Shown piece by piece: positions 44,385 to 55,556 of a stretch of 64,000 nt of DNA (its first letter is position 1; each line of letters begins with the position of its first letter). The notes beneath the pieces are model-generated. The model ran no database searches. It had not been told where the DNA came from and worked only from the letters and a program-made list of their open reading frames with translations. Both the position numbers and the translations under genes were made by a program. Location of the stretch: the NCBI GenBank assembly GCA_963702425.1, contig CAVPCQ010000021.1, forward strand, positions 64,001-128,000, given 5' to 3'. The stretch is from an uncultured Acidobacteriota bacterium. Lineage in GTDB: Bacteria > Acidobacteriota > Polarisedimenticolia > J045.

Positions 44385-45215
44385 GTGTTCACCGGCACGA
44401 GCGGCGGGAGCGCCACGCGCCTGGGCCTGCGCGCCCTGGCGATCGGCTATCTCGTCCTGATGCTGCTCGTGCCGGTCGCGGTGATCGTGCAGGACGGGTT
44501 CTCCGACGGGCTCGGCGGCCTCTGGGAAGCGGTCAAGAAGCCGACCGCCTGGCATGCTCTCGAGCTGACCCTCTGGACCTCGGCGGTGATGGCGGTGATC
44601 AACGCCGTGATGGGAACGCTCACCGCGTACGTGCTGGTGCGCGTCTCCTTCCCCGCCAAGCGGCTGGTCAACGCCGTGATCGACCTGCCGCTGGCGATCC
44701 CGACACTCGTCACGGGGGTGATGCTGGTCACGCTCTACGGTCCGCAGCACGCGCTCGGCGCGTTCCTCAACGACCGGCTGGGGTTCCAGGTGATCTTCGC
44801 GCCCCCCGGGATCATCCTCGCGCTGCTCTTCATCACCTACCCGTTCGTCGTGCGCACGGTGCAGCCGGTGCTGGAGGAACTCGATCCGGCGCAGGAGGAA
44901 GCGGCGGCGACGCTGGGGGCCGGCCCGATCCGGACCTTCCTCCGCGTCACCGTCCCCGAACTCTCCTTCGCGCTGCTCTCGGGGACGATTCTCTCCTTCG
45001 CACGGGCGATCGGCGAGTTCGGCTCGATCGTCATCGTCGCCGGGAACATCCCGCTCAAGACCCAGACAGCCGCGGTGTACGTCTGGGGCGAGGTCGAGTC
45101 CGACAACCGGCTGGGGGCCAGCGCCGTCTCGGTCGTGATGATGGCGATCACCTTCAGTCTCGTCCTGGCCGTCGACTGGATGCAGCGGCGGCGCGCCCGG
45201 GAGCGGTCCTCGTGA
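44385..45215 (+). CDS. cysT: Sulfate ABC transporter permease CysT
   Basis: DLPLAIPTLVTG, PFVVRTVQPVL, EEAAATLGA and FARAIGEFGS motifs. Confidence 0.92.
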   Translation: MFTGTSGGSATRLGLRALAIGYLVLMLLVPVAVIVQDGFSDGLGGLWEAVKKPTAWHALELTLWTSAVMAVINAVMGTLTAYVLVRVSFPAKRLVNAVIDLPLAIPTLVTGVMLVTLYGPQHALGAFLNDRLGFQVIFAPPGIILALLFITYPFVVRTVQPVLEELDPAQEEAAATLGAGPIRTFLRVTVPELSFALLSGTILSFARAIGEFGSIVIVAGNIPLKTQTAAVYVWGEVESDNRLGASAVSVVMMAITFSLVLAVDWMQRRRARERSS

Positions 45216-46039
45216 GCGGCGGCGAGCGACGGCGGGCGGCGGGGCGGCCCCGCTGGGGGCGGATGCTGCTCGTCGGCGTCGTCGTCGGCTACCTCGCGCT
45301 GCTGATGTTGGCGCCGATCGTCGCGCTGATCTTCGGCGCGCTGGACGAGGGGCTCGGAGAGCTGGCCTCCGCCCTGGCCGACCCCAAGGTGATCCGCGCC
45401 TTCGGGCTGACGATCGTGATCTCGACGATCTGCGTCGTCGTGCACGGGGTGTTCGGGACGATCGTGGCCTGGGTGCTGGCGCGCCAGCGGTTCCCCGGGC
45501 AGCGCTTCCTGAACGGCCTGATCGACCTGCCGTTCGCGATCTCGCCGGTCGTCGCGGGCTACATGCTGCTGTTGCTGTTCGGCCGCCGCGGCCTGCTCGC
45601 GCCGCTGCTCGACGCGGTCGGCTGGAAGGTGGCTTTCGCCTTCCCCGGCATGGTGCTGGCCACGCTGTTCGTCACGCTCCCGTTCATGGTGCGCGAGCTG
45701 ACCCCGGCGCTCGAGGCCTTCGGCACCGACCAGGAGCAGGCGGCGGCGACCCTCGGCGCCCGGCCGTGGCAGATCTTCCGCTTCGTCACCTTCCCGGCGC
45801 TGCGCTGGGCGTTCCTCTACGGCGCGGTCCTGACCTTCGCCCGCGCGCTGGGCGAGTTCGGCGCCGTGCTGGTCGTGGGCGGCGGGGTCCAGGGCCGGAC
45901 CGAGACCCTGACCCTCTACATCTACCGTGCGCTCGACGACCGGCAGTACGCGGGCGCCTACGGGGCCGCGCTGGTGCTCGGCGCGCTTTCGCTCGCGCTC
46001 GTCCTGGGCGCCGAGTTCCTGCGCAAGAAGCGCCCCTGA
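45212..46039 (+). CDS. cysW: Sulfate ABC transporter permease CysW
   Basis: DLPFAISPVVAG, FVTLPFMVREL, EQAAATLGA and ARALGEFGAV motifs. Confidence 0.92.
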   Translation: MSGGERRRAAGRPRWGRMLLVGVVVGYLALLMLAPIVALIFGALDEGLGELASALADPKVIRAFGLTIVISTICVVVHGVFGTIVAWVLARQRFPGQRFLNGLIDLPFAISPVVAGYMLLLLFGRRGLLAPLLDAVGWKVAFAFPGMVLATLFVTLPFMVRELTPALEAFGTDQEQAAATLGARPWQIFRFVTFPALRWAFLYGAVLTFARALGEFGAVLVVGGGVQGRTETLTLYIYRALDDRQYAGAYGAALVLGALSLALVLGAEFLRKKRP

Positions 46040-46083
46040 CGGGCCCTCCCCGCGCGCCCTCCGGAGTGCGAGAATAGGCGTCG

Positions 46084-48162
46084 ATGGACACCCCCCCGCG
46101 GGTCCGGCTCGGAGCGCTGCTCGTCGCGCTGAACGTCGTGCTGCTGCTCGTTGCCGTCACCGCCGTGACGCTCGTCGCCTCGCGGCTGATGCGTCAGCTC
46201 GCGCGGCAGGAGGCCCTGTCGCGGGTCACCTGGGCCGGCCTCGCCGTGCAGGAGTCGATCCGCGACGAGATCCGGAGCAGCGCCGACACCGCGCACCTGC
46301 TGGCCGAGCGGCCGCCGCTGGTACGGGCGCTGGAGACCGGCGACAAGCGCGGGCTGGCGGCGTTCCTCGAGCAGTTCGTCCGCGCCGGCACGGTCGACGC
46401 CGCCGCCGTGCTGGAGGGGGAGCGGATCGTCGCGATGAGCGGCGAGTCGGTCCCGTGGCGCATCTTTCTCGCCGAGCTGCCCGAGGGGCACGGCGTCTTC
46501 CTGCGCCCGCGCGCCAAGGGCGGACTCCTCCTGCTCGGCGGCACGGCCCCGGTCCCGGCCCGCCCCGGGGCGGTGGTCATGACCGCGTCCGTCGTGGACG
46601 AGCGGCTGACGAAGCGGCTGCAGGAGAAGGTCGGACTGACGATCGCGATCCTCGAGCGCGACCAGGTCCTGGCGACAGGCGCTGGGCCGCGCTCCTCCCA
46701 CCGCGTGAGCGCGCTGTCGCGCGCCGAGAACGTCGCCGTGCGGGACCGCCGCTCCGATGCCTACCTGGCCGAGATCCCGCTCAAGAGCCCGGCGGGAACG
46801 GTCGTCGGGCTGGTCGAGGTCAGCCTGCCGCTCGAGGCGGTGGACGGCCCGCTGCTGACGCTGCGCCGCAAGCTGGCCTACTGGGCGCTCGGGCTGGTCG
46901 CGCTCGCGACCCTGACCGGCTTCTTCATCGCGCGACGCGTCTCGCGGCCGGTGCTGGAGCTGGCCGACGCGGCGGAGCGGATCGGGCTGGGCGACCTGGC
47001 GACACCGGTGCCGCGGGTCGGCGGCGCGGAAACGAGCGCGCTGGCGGCCGCGCTCGAGAACATGCGTCGCGATCTGCTGCAGTTGACGACCAACCTCAGG
47101 CGGCAGCAGGCCGAGTCGCAGGCGATCGTCGCCGGGATCGCCGAGGGGGTTTTCACGGTCGATCGCGAGCGCCGGATCCGCTTTCTGAACCCCCAGGCGG
47201 CCGCGGTGCTGGGCCTGCCGCAGGACGCCGCGATCGGCCGCTTCTGCGGCGATGTCCTCAACCCGCAGGGGACGCACGGGGTGCGCCCGTGCGACGACAG
47301 CTGCCCGATCCTCCACGCTCGCTTCCGCGGGGGGGCGCGCGCCACCGAGCACCTCGTGCTGCCCGACGGCCGGCGGCGCACGGTCGTGATCACCAGCTCG
47401 CCAATCGAGGAGGGGGGCCAGGCCCAGGTCATGCGCGACGAGACGGAGGTCGAGGCGGTGCGGCGAATCCGCGACGCCGTGCTGGCCAACATCTCGCACG
47501 AGTTCCGGACGCCGCTCTCGGCGCAGCTGGCGTCGATCGAGCTGCTGCTCGACCAGATCGAGCGGCTGACGCCCGGCCAGGCCCGCGAGCTGCTGCTGGC
47601 GCTCCAGCGCGGCACGCTGCGGCTGACGCACCTGATCGACAACCTGCTCGAGAGCGTGCGCGTCGAGTCGGGAAAGGGAGCGATCCGCGGCGTGCCGGTG
47701 GATCCCGCGGAGATCGTCGACGACGCCGTGGAGACCCTGCGGCCGCTGCTCGAGCAGCGCGGCCAGCGGGTCGCGGTCGAGCTGGCGCAGTCGCTGCCGC
47801 AGATCAAGGGCGAGAAGACGCGGCTGGTGCAGGTGCTGGTCAACCTGCTTGCGAACTCGAACAAGTTCGCGCCGGAAGGATCCACGATCTCGATCCGCGC
47901 GGTCGGCGACGCCGACGCAGTGACGTTGTGGGTCGCCGACGAGGGCCCGGGGATCCCCGCCGACCGCGGCCCCGAGCTGTTCGACCCGTTCGTGCGCTCG
48001 ATCGCCGGCGAGGAGCCGGAGGAGAACGGCTTCGGGCTGGGGCTGTTCATCGCCAAGTCGATCGTCGAGCGGCACGGCGGGCGGATCGAGGCCCGGCCGG
48101 CGTCGGCGGGGCAGCCCGCCGCGGTCGGGATCACGCTGCCGCGGGCGCGCGAGAGGATCTGA
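46084..48162 (+). CDS. Membrane sensor histidine kinase (periplasmic sensor, HAMP, PAS, HisKA, HATPase)
   Basis: Two TM helices, H-box SHEFRTPL, N-box NLLANSNKF, G1 DEGPGI, G2 GLGLFIAK. Confidence 0.92.
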   Translation: MDTPPRVRLGALLVALNVVLLLVAVTAVTLVASRLMRQLARQEALSRVTWAGLAVQESIRDEIRSSADTAHLLAERPPLVRALETGDKRGLAAFLEQFVRAGTVDAAAVLEGERIVAMSGESVPWRIFLAELPEGHGVFLRPRAKGGLLLLGGTAPVPARPGAVVMTASVVDERLTKRLQEKVGLTIAILERDQVLATGAGPRSSHRVSALSRAENVAVRDRRSDAYLAEIPLKSPAGTVVGLVEVSLPLEAVDGPLLTLRRKLAYWALGLVALATLTGFFIARRVSRPVLELADAAERIGLGDLATPVPRVGGAETSALAAALENMRRDLLQLTTNLRRQQAESQAIVAGIAEGVFTVDRERRIRFLNPQAAAVLGLPQDAAIGRFCGDVLNPQGTHGVRPCDDSCPILHARFRGGARATEHLVLPDGRRRTVVITSSPIEEGGQAQVMRDETEVEAVRRIRDAVLANISHEFRTPLSAQLASIELLLDQIERLTPGQARELLLALQRGTLRLTHLIDNLLESVRVESGKGAIRGVPVDPAEIVDDAVETLRPLLEQRGQRVAVELAQSLPQIKGEKTRLVQVLVNLLANSNKFAPEGSTISIRAVGDADAVTLWVADEGPGIPADRGPELFDPFVRSIAGEEPEENGFGLGLFIAKSIVERHGGRIEARPASAGQPAAVGITLPRARERI

Positions 48163-48169
48163 CGCCGCC

Positions 48170-49087
48170 CTACCGGTCGATTCCCTCGTCCTCGTGCGAG
48201 ACCGGGTCCTCGATCGGCTCGAGGTGCGTCATCACGGTCGTCGGGCCGGGCAGCGCCTCGCGTACCTCGCGCTCGATTCGCTCCAGCAGATCGTGGCCGC
48301 GCTGGACCGTCCACTCCCCCGGGACCAGCACGTGGACCGAGATGAACCGCCGCTGCCCGGCCTGCCGCGTGCGCAGCGAGTGGAACTCGACTCCGCCTGC
48401 GGTGAAGCGCGCGAAGACCCGCTCGATCTGCTCGCGCTCCGGAACGGGAAGCGCGCTGTCCATCAGCCCGGTCGCCGAGCGACGTATCAGCTGCACGCCC
48501 GCCCAGACGATGTTGAGCGCCACGAGGATCGCGATGATCGGGTCGAGCGGCAGCCACCCGGTCAGTTGGACCAGCGCCACCCCGACCAGCACCCCGAGCG
48601 TGGTCCAGACGTCGGTCATCAGGTGCCGCGCGTCGGCCTCGAGCGTGATCGAGCCGTAGCGGCGGCCGACCCGCTCCAGCACGCGGGCGACCGCGAGATT
48701 GATCGTCGAGGCCACGACGGAGATCGCCAGGCCCACGCCGACGTGCTCGAGCGGCTGCGGGGCGAGCAGCCGTTCGATCGCGGTCGCGGCGATGCCCAGG
48801 GCGGCGACCAGGATCAGCGCCCCTTCGACCGCGCTGGCGAAGTACTCGGCCTTGGTGTGGCCGAACGGGTGGTCGTCGTCCGGGGGGCGCTCCGCGACGG
48901 CGAGCATCGCCAGCGCCGTCACCGCCGCCACGAGGTTGACGATCGATTCCATCGCGTCGGACAGCAGGCCGACCGAGCCGGTCAGGTAGTAGGCGCCGGC
49001 CTTGAGCGCGATCGTGGCCACCGCCGCGGCGATGGAGAGCCAGGCGTAGCGCCGAAGCGACGGCAGGGCGCTCGCGGGACGGATCAT
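48170..49087 (-). CDS. Cation diffusion facilitator (FieF-like)
   Basis: [34 protein letters not shown] and THLEP motifs. ATGA overlap with the MMPL gene. Confidence 0.92.
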   Translation of the reverse strand: MIRPASALPSLRRYAWLSIAAAVATIALKAGAYYLTGSVGLLSDAMESIVNLVAAVTALAMLAVAERPPDDDHPFGHTKAEYFASAVEGALILVAALGIAATAIERLLAPQPLEHVGVGLAISVVASTINLAVARVLERVGRRYGSITLEADARHLMTDVWTTLGVLVGVALVQLTGWLPLDPIIAILVALNIVWAGVQLIRRSATGLMDSALPVPEREQIERVFARFTAGGVEFHSLRTRQAGQRRFISVHVLVPGEWTVQRGHDLLERIEREVREALPGPTTVMTHLEPIEDPVSHEDEGIDR

Positions 49088-51399
49088 GGGCCGTCCTCCC
49101 ACCCGTCCGGACGCGCCCGGAAGAAGATCCAGAGCGCCGCCGGGAGGGCGGTGAAGTCCGCCAGCATCGAGAGCAGGAACGCGCTCGCGGTGACGATCCC
49201 GAACTGCCGCATCGGCGGCAGGTCCGACAGCGAAAGCGCGAGGAAGCCGCCGGCGTTGATCAGCGTCGCGAAGAAGATCGCCCGGCCCGCGACGCGGATC
49301 GCGTGGGTCAGCGCCTTCTCCGTGCTCGCGCCGCTGCGCATCTCCTGGAAGTGGTAGAAGAAGTGGACCTGGTCGTTCTCCGAAGCGCCGAGGACGGTCG
49401 TCGCGATCAGGATCGTCGCCACGTTGAGCGGGATCCCGGTCAGCCGCATCACCAGGAACATCGTCAGGATCGCGAACAGCGACGGGATCATCGCCATCAA
49501 CCGCGCCGCGCCGCTGCGGAACACGACGAAGAAGGTGGCGAAGATGATCGTCGCGGTCAGGAAGAAGCTCTCGACCAGCGTCGGCACGAGGTGCCCGCCG
49601 ATCTTGGCCTCGAGCAGCCCCTGGCCGACGACCTTCAGCGAGGTCCCGACCAGCGCGGGGTCGCCGGCCACCGTGGCCCAGGCCCGCTGCACCGCCGCGG
49701 GGAGCGCCCCCTCCGCCGGTTGCGCGCCGCGCCGCGCGACCGCGCTGACGTGGGTGGCGCCCAGCGTGTTCATGTCGACGAAGCCGCGCAACGCGGGCTC
49801 CGTCAGCAGCAGCTGCTCGAGGTCGGCGGCCATCGCCGCCTGCGCCTCCGGGTCCTCGGGCAGCGCGTCCCCCTCCCCAGCAGCGTAGCGCCGGAGCCGC
49901 AGGATGTCGGTCAGTCCGGTCGCGGCGCCGACCTCCGGCTGCGCGGCCAGCGCGCGGGTGAAGCGATCGACCGCGACGAGCGTGGCGGGATCGAGCACCG
50001 CTCCGGGCGAGGTCGTGATCCAGGCCGAGACCTGCGAGAGCCCGAGCACGTTCTCCCCGAACCAGCGGGTGTCACGGTAGACCGGCAGCCTGTGGTCGAC
50101 GTAGTCGAGCCCGCTGACCTGGAGCGGCATCGGCGCCACGACGCCGGGCACGCCGAAGAGCGCGCCGGCCCCGAGCAGCATCAGCAGCACCGACCCGAGC
50201 ACCAGCGCGTGGCGCCAGCGGTAGCTCCAGCGGGGGATCCGCTCGGCAGCCGCCTCGACCCAGCCCCCCGCGACCTGGCGCTCAACCACGCCCGGTGTGC
50301 GGAAGATCCGCTGCAGCGCCGGAAAGAGCGTGAAGCAGACGATCCAGCCGGCGGCGAGCCCCAGCGCGGTCCAGCTCCCGAGCTGGCGGATCGGCCGGAT
50401 CTGCGAGACCAGCAGCGCCGCGAAGCCGACCGCGGCGGCGAAGATCGACACCGTCACCGCCAGGAACTTGTTGGCCAGCGCGAAAACCTGGTGCTCGGCC
50501 ATCGGCACGCCGGGCGGGTGGTCGACGTAGCGCGAGTGCAGGTAGACCAGCGAGGCCGTGGCGGTGACCATCAGCGTCAGCGGCACGAGCGAGGAGATGA
50601 TCGTGAAGCCGAAGCCGAGCAACGCGCCGACCGCGACGCCGAGCAGGACGGCGATCGCGAGCGTGGCCAGGATCGCGGCCAGCGCGCGGAAGGAGCGATA
50701 GAGCCCGTAGACCAGCGCGACCACGAACAGCCCGAAGAGCGGGAAGTAGCGGAGCGACGAGCGCGCGGTCTCGCGCTCGAGCCAGGCGTCGACGAAGGGG
50801 CCGCCGACCCGGCGGACGGCGGTGATGCTGCCGTCCGCCGGGGCTGGGGCGAGCCCGGCGTGCTCGAGCGCGCGCTCGATCCCGACGAGCGCGGCATCGC
50901 GCTCGTCCGGTCCGCCGACGTCGAGCGCCAGCGTCACCCCCAGGAAGCCGTCACCGACGAGGGCCTGCCGGCGGAAGAAGTCCGTTCCGGCGACGAAGCG
51001 CCGCAGCGCTTCGGCCGCGCCGGGGGCTGCGGCCGCCGCCGAGTCGAGCCGCTGGAAGACGGTGAGCACCGAGACCGCCTGCACCCGGTGCACGCGCGCC
51101 AGCGCCGCCTCGAGCCGCTGGAGAGCCTCGATCACCGGCGGCGCGAAGGGGTCGGGCGCCTCCAGCACGAGGACTGCGCGCTTCGGCTCGGGGAAGACCG
51201 CCTGGAAGGCCCGCGTGTCGAGGTAGTCGGGGTCGTTCCGCACCACCATCTGCTCGATCGCGCTGTCCTGCGGGATCGAGAGGACGGCCCAGAGGGCGGG
51301 CGGCACCAGCAGCGCGTAGACGACGACGAAGACCCAGCGCAGCCCGACGATGCGCCGGAAGAACGGCTCGAGGACCGGATGTCGCGGTGGCGTGTCCAA
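49084..51399 (-). CDS. MMPL/RND family lipid transporter (BstA/HpnN-like)
   Basis: Two repeats of a periplasmic domain plus TM bundle, [17 protein letters not shown] and [17 protein letters not shown]. The TTG start is inferred. Confidence 0.88.
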   Translation of the reverse strand: MDTPPRHPVLEPFFRRIVGLRWVFVVVYALLVPPALWAVLSIPQDSAIEQMVVRNDPDYLDTRAFQAVFPEPKRAVLVLEAPDPFAPPVIEALQRLEAALARVHRVQAVSVLTVFQRLDSAAAAAPGAAEALRRFVAGTDFFRRQALVGDGFLGVTLALDVGGPDERDAALVGIERALEHAGLAPAPADGSITAVRRVGGPFVDAWLERETARSSLRYFPLFGLFVVALVYGLYRSFRALAAILATLAIAVLLGVAVGALLGFGFTIISSLVPLTLMVTATASLVYLHSRYVDHPPGVPMAEHQVFALANKFLAVTVSIFAAAVGFAALLVSQIRPIRQLGSWTALGLAAGWIVCFTLFPALQRIFRTPGVVERQVAGGWVEAAAERIPRWSYRWRHALVLGSVLLMLLGAGALFGVPGVVAPMPLQVSGLDYVDHRLPVYRDTRWFGENVLGLSQVSAWITTSPGAVLDPATLVAVDRFTRALAAQPEVGAATGLTDILRLRRYAAGEGDALPEDPEAQAAMAADLEQLLLTEPALRGFVDMNTLGATHVSAVARRGAQPAEGALPAAVQRAWATVAGDPALVGTSLKVVGQGLLEAKIGGHLVPTLVESFFLTATIIFATFFVVFRSGAARLMAMIPSLFAILTMFLVMRLTGIPLNVATILIATTVLGASENDQVHFFYHFQEMRSGASTEKALTHAIRVAGRAIFFATLINAGGFLALSLSDLPPMRQFGIVTASAFLLSMLADFTALPAALWIFFRARPDGWEDGP

Positions 51400-51498
51400 G
51401 ACGCGCCAGCATACCGGACCCTCAACGCGGCGTGTTAGGATCGCGCGGTGCGCTCGTCGAGTTGCGCGCCGCGCGGCGCCGCTCTTTCCGAGGTGATC

Positions 51499-52449
51499 GT
51501 GCGCTCGCCTTACCGGACTCGCCTGCCCTTCTCGCTCGCCGTCGCCCTTCTCGCCGCCGTGCTCGCCACCGCGGGGAGTGCGGCGCCGGCCGCGCCGGCC
51601 GCGCCCCCGACGCTCGTCGCCTGGGCCCCCGGGTTCCCGGGCTCGACGAAGGAAGCCCAGCCCACGATGGACGCGCTGGCCGCGGCCATCGCCACCGCCG
51701 CGGGCCTGCCGCCCGACGGCCTTGCGGCCGTCTACCAGGAGTCGGAAAAGGGCGGGCTCGCCCGGCTGCAGCAGCCCGACGCCGCGCTGGCGCTGGTCGC
51801 GCTGCCCGCGTTCCTGAAGCACGGCAAGGAACTCGGCCTCGTGCCCCGGCTGGCCGTCGTGTCGGCGGGCGCGCCGGACGCGAACGAGACCTGGAGCCTG
51901 GTCGCCGGCAAGGGGAAGCTGAAGGGCGCCGCCGATCTCGACGGGTGGCAGCTCGTCAGCGGCGCCTCGTACGCGCCGCGCTTCGTGCGCGGCCCGGCGC
52001 TCGCCGCCTGGGGCGCGCTGCCGGCCGGCGTCGCGATCGCTCCCGCCGGCGCGGTCCTGTCCGCGCTGCGCCGCGCGGCGAGCGGCGAGAAGGTCGCGCT
52101 CCTGCTCGACCGCGCGCAGGCCGATGCGCTGGCGACGCTCCCCTTCGCGAAGGACCTCGAGGTCGTGGCGCGCTCGGCGCCGATGCCGGGGGCCTTGCTC
52201 TGCACGGTCCGCGGCCGCCTGCCGGAACCGGAGGCCGCGGCGCTCGTCCAGGCGCTGGCCGGCCTGGCCGCGCGCCCCGATGCGGCGGCCGCGCTGGCGG
52301 GGGTGCGCATCGCGCGCTTCGCGCCGCTCGACGCGATCGCGCTCGAGAAGGTGCGCGCCGCGTACGATGCCATACCCGACACCGCACCCGCGCCGGCGCC
52401 CCCTGCCGTGCCCGCGACCGCGCCGGGCGCGGCAAAGCCCGCCCCGTGA
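51499..52449 (+). CDS. Periplasmic PhnD/SsuA-like substrate-binding protein (BstB-like)
   Basis: Signal peptide, APGFPGST, alpha/beta composition, LLLDRAQ, Pro/Ala-rich tail. The family call rests on recollection and gene context. Confidence 0.6.
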   Translation: MRSPYRTRLPFSLAVALLAAVLATAGSAAPAAPAAPPTLVAWAPGFPGSTKEAQPTMDALAAAIATAAGLPPDGLAAVYQESEKGGLARLQQPDAALALVALPAFLKHGKELGLVPRLAVVSAGAPDANETWSLVAGKGKLKGAADLDGWQLVSGASYAPRFVRGPALAAWGALPAGVAIAPAGAVLSALRRAASGEKVALLLDRAQADALATLPFAKDLEVVARSAPMPGALLCTVRGRLPEPEAAALVQALAGLAARPDAAAALAGVRIARFAPLDAIALEKVRAAYDAIPDTAPAPAPPAVPATAPGAAKPAP

Positions 52450-53303
52450 CGCGCGGGCGCGCGGCGCGCCCACCGCCCCCGCCGCGCGCGGCACGACTCG
52501 TCCCGCTGCTCGTCGCGCTGTTCGCCGCTGCCTGCGCCTCCGCGCTGAAGGAGCCGCCGCCCGTCGCGGTGCTCGGCGGCGCGCAGCCGGATTCCGGTGA
52601 GCGCGCGGACGAACTGCTGCGCCGCGCCGACGCGGCCTGGGCGCGACGGGGCGACGGGGACGCGGGTGGCGCGCTGGCCGCGGTCCGCCAGGCGCAGCAG
52701 CTCTACCTCTCCGCCGCGCGCACCGACGAAGCGGACGTCGCGGGGCTGGTCGGGGCGGCCCGCACCAGCACCTGGCTCGTGGAGCACGAGACCGATCCAG
52801 GCCTTCGCGCCGAGCTGGCAACGACGGCGGTGCAGGCCGGCCAGTGGTGCCAGCGCCGCGCGCCCGGCGACCCCCGGTGCGACTACTGGCTGGCGCTCGG
52901 CCTGGGGCAGCAGGCCCGCGAGCGTCCGTCGACCGCGCTCGACGGCATCGACCGGATGGTCGAGCTGCTGCGGAAGACGATCGCGGCCGACCCGGCGCTG
53001 GACGAAGCGGGACCGCAGCGCGCGCTGGCGCTGGTCCTGTTGCGCGCGCCGGGCTGGCCGGCGGGGCCCGGGGACGCCGAGGAGGCGCTCGCGCAGGCCC
53101 GGGCGGCCGTGCAGCTGCGGCCCGACTACCCGCCCAATCAGCTCGTCCTCGCCGAAGCGCTGGCCCGGAACGGCGACCCGGACGGGGCGTCCGCGGCACT
53201 CGACCGGGCGCGGGCGCTCACCCGGACCCGCGAGAAGGCGGGCGATCCCGACGCGGCGGGCTGGCTGGTCGAGGCCGACGGGCTGGAGGCCACGCTCCAT
53301 TGA
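52446..53303 (+). CDS. TPR-like helical lipoprotein (TatT/BstC-like)
   Basis: Lipobox FAAA-C, CDYWLALGLG, DEAGPQRALALVLLRAPGWPAGPGD and PDYPPNQL motifs. Confidence 0.7.
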   Translation: MTRGRAARPPPPPRAARLVPLLVALFAAACASALKEPPPVAVLGGAQPDSGERADELLRRADAAWARRGDGDAGGALAAVRQAQQLYLSAARTDEADVAGLVGAARTSTWLVEHETDPGLRAELATTAVQAGQWCQRRAPGDPRCDYWLALGLGQQARERPSTALDGIDRMVELLRKTIAADPALDEAGPQRALALVLLRAPGWPAGPGDAEEALAQARAAVQLRPDYPPNQLVLAEALARNGDPDGASAALDRARALTRTREKAGDPDAAGWLVEADGLEATLH

Positions 53304-53492
53304 ACGAACCGAGCCGGGGAGCCACGAGGCCCGGTGCCCCGGCCGCGTACCGGCCCTCGCCTCTCCTCCGCGCCGGGGCTCGATTTCGCACCCGCGGATC
53401 GCCGGGGCCAAGACCGAACGGCCGCGGCTGACTTCCCTCCACGGGTCGTTGATAATCGCGCGGGGCACGGATGGAAGGAGCATCGCGGCGCC

Positions 53493-55556
53493 ATGCACGC
53501 CTTGAGGATCGTCACGGGCACCGCGTCCCGGGTGCTGCTGCTCTGCGCGGTGCTGTCGGCCCAGGCACTGGCCGGCGGCACGGGGGCCGGCCTGCCCCCC
53601 GACGCCCTCTCCCCCGAGGGGCGCACGCGCTGGGAGCTGGCGGCGCTTCCCGCCGCCCGCGGCGGCGACACCGTACTGCCGCCGCTGGCGCTCCGCGTCC
53701 TCCGTCCCGGCGAGTCGAGCACGGTGGAGACTCACGGTGAATACGTGCGCTCTCGAGGGGCGCGGCATCGGCTGGGCCGAACTGCCGATCGGCCCGCGCG
53801 AGGCGACATTGCTGCGCGTGACGATCGAGCGGCGTGAGACCGTGGACGCGCCATGGGAGCCGGCGCGTCACGGGTACGCGTGGCTCGACGGGGACGCGCG
53901 GCTGCTGGCTTCGATCCTGTGGGACGGCGCGCCGGATGACTGGAGCGCGGAGCCGGAGGGCGCATCGTACGCCCCCGATGGCGTGGCGGAGCTGAAGATC
54001 TACTCGACGGAGATCGCGACCGGCCCGTATTACGACGTCTCGTACGGCTGGGACCGCGGAGTGCCGCCGCCCAACCCGCAGACACCGATCTCGGTGCTGA
54101 CGACGCCGAGCTATGCGACCGCTGGCGAACTGGTCGCTGCCTCGTACTGGGACTTCTCCGGCAACACGACAGGAACGGAAGTTTCCGAATCGCAGTCCGA
54201 GATCACCTCCGCCGAGACCTGCAACCTCAATCGCTGCGGCTACACCGGGGCGCCGGGCTGGTCGCTCCAGCGAACGGACAAGAGCTTCGACAGCACGGCG
54301 AACCTCCGCAAGGACAACCAGTCGGTCCAGCTCGACACCTCCGATCCGACGAAGGTGATCCTCTGGCTGCGCGCCGGGCGCCAGAACGAGGGGAAGACGG
54401 GGGGCTTCGGCACCGGCGAGACCGGCTACTGCTTCACCTCCGACGGATCGGGGACGCGAACGCCGGTGCCGCTCTATCTCTTCGGCCGCCGGGATGCCAA
54501 GGGCTTCTACTTCGTACCCGGCGACAACTGGGCCGGCGGCCCGTTCAACTGCGAGCAGAACGTCTTCAACCAGACTTGCGGCACCCCGCAGTTCTTCGAC
54601 AAGCTCTACACCAAGGCCTGCGGGACCCACAGCGGCCAGCAGGGCGCCGCGGCGATCAAGAACGGCGTGGTCAAGCTCCCCTCGGGGCATACGTTCAACG
54701 CGATGCTGGTGAAGATCTACGCCGATTTCTGCGTCTACACCCCCAGCACGCTCTTTCCGTGCGCGGCACTCTTCAAGGTCGACGAGGTGCGGACGATCAA
54801 CTACCAGTGGATGGTCCCCCACCTCGGGACCGTCGCCCGGATCCGCTCGGAGCAGAACGTGCCCGACGAGAGCTCCTGGACCACGGTCGCTGAAACCAAC
54901 ATCAAGTTCGGCCTTTACCCGCCGCTCTCGATCACGGTGACCGGCCAGACGCAATGCCTCGATCACGCTGTCGTGGGATCCCGGGCTGCTCACGCAGCGG
55001 ATCAGCCGCTACAAGGTCTACTGGGACACCGACTCCGGCAGCGCCAGCGGCTACGCGTTCAACTCGCAGAGCCACCCGGGACAGGTCGTCTTCAACGGCA
55101 CCTCGGCGACGATCAGCGGGCTCGTACGCCGGGACCAGCCATTACGTGACCGTCACGTCGCTGTCCGATTTCAGGAACCCTTCGACCGGCGTGACGCGAA
55201 CCTACGAGAGCCTCGTCTACCCGACGCAGGTCTTCGGCGACCCGGACAAGGTCTACCCGGTCGAGGTCCTCGGAACGACGGCCGGCGGCTGCACGCCGAC
55301 ACAGGAGGTGCAGGGGCTCCGGATCACGCGGCTGGCCGGCGGCACGCTGCGCTTCTGCTGGAACGCGCTGGCCGATCCCTGTCTCGCGGGTTACCGGATC
55401 CTCGGCTCCAACGACGCCACCTCGGCCGCGGGCTGGAGCACCGTGGCCGACGTCGGCAACGTGACCTGCTGGGACGGAAACCCCTCGTCGCGCTTCTACC
55501 TCGTGCAGGCGCGGGGCGGCACCGGGACCGGGCCGTGGGGCCATTATGGCCGGTAG
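53493..55556 (+). CDS. Secreted Cys-containing protein with FN3-like domain and C-terminal beta domain, frameshifts near 53735, 54950 and 55122
   Basis: Signal peptide MHALRIVTGTASRVLLLCAVLSAQALA. Corrected FN3 segment SITLSWDPG...YKVYWDT...YVTVTS. Ends FYLVQARGGTGTGPWGHYGR-stop. Confidence 0.7.
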
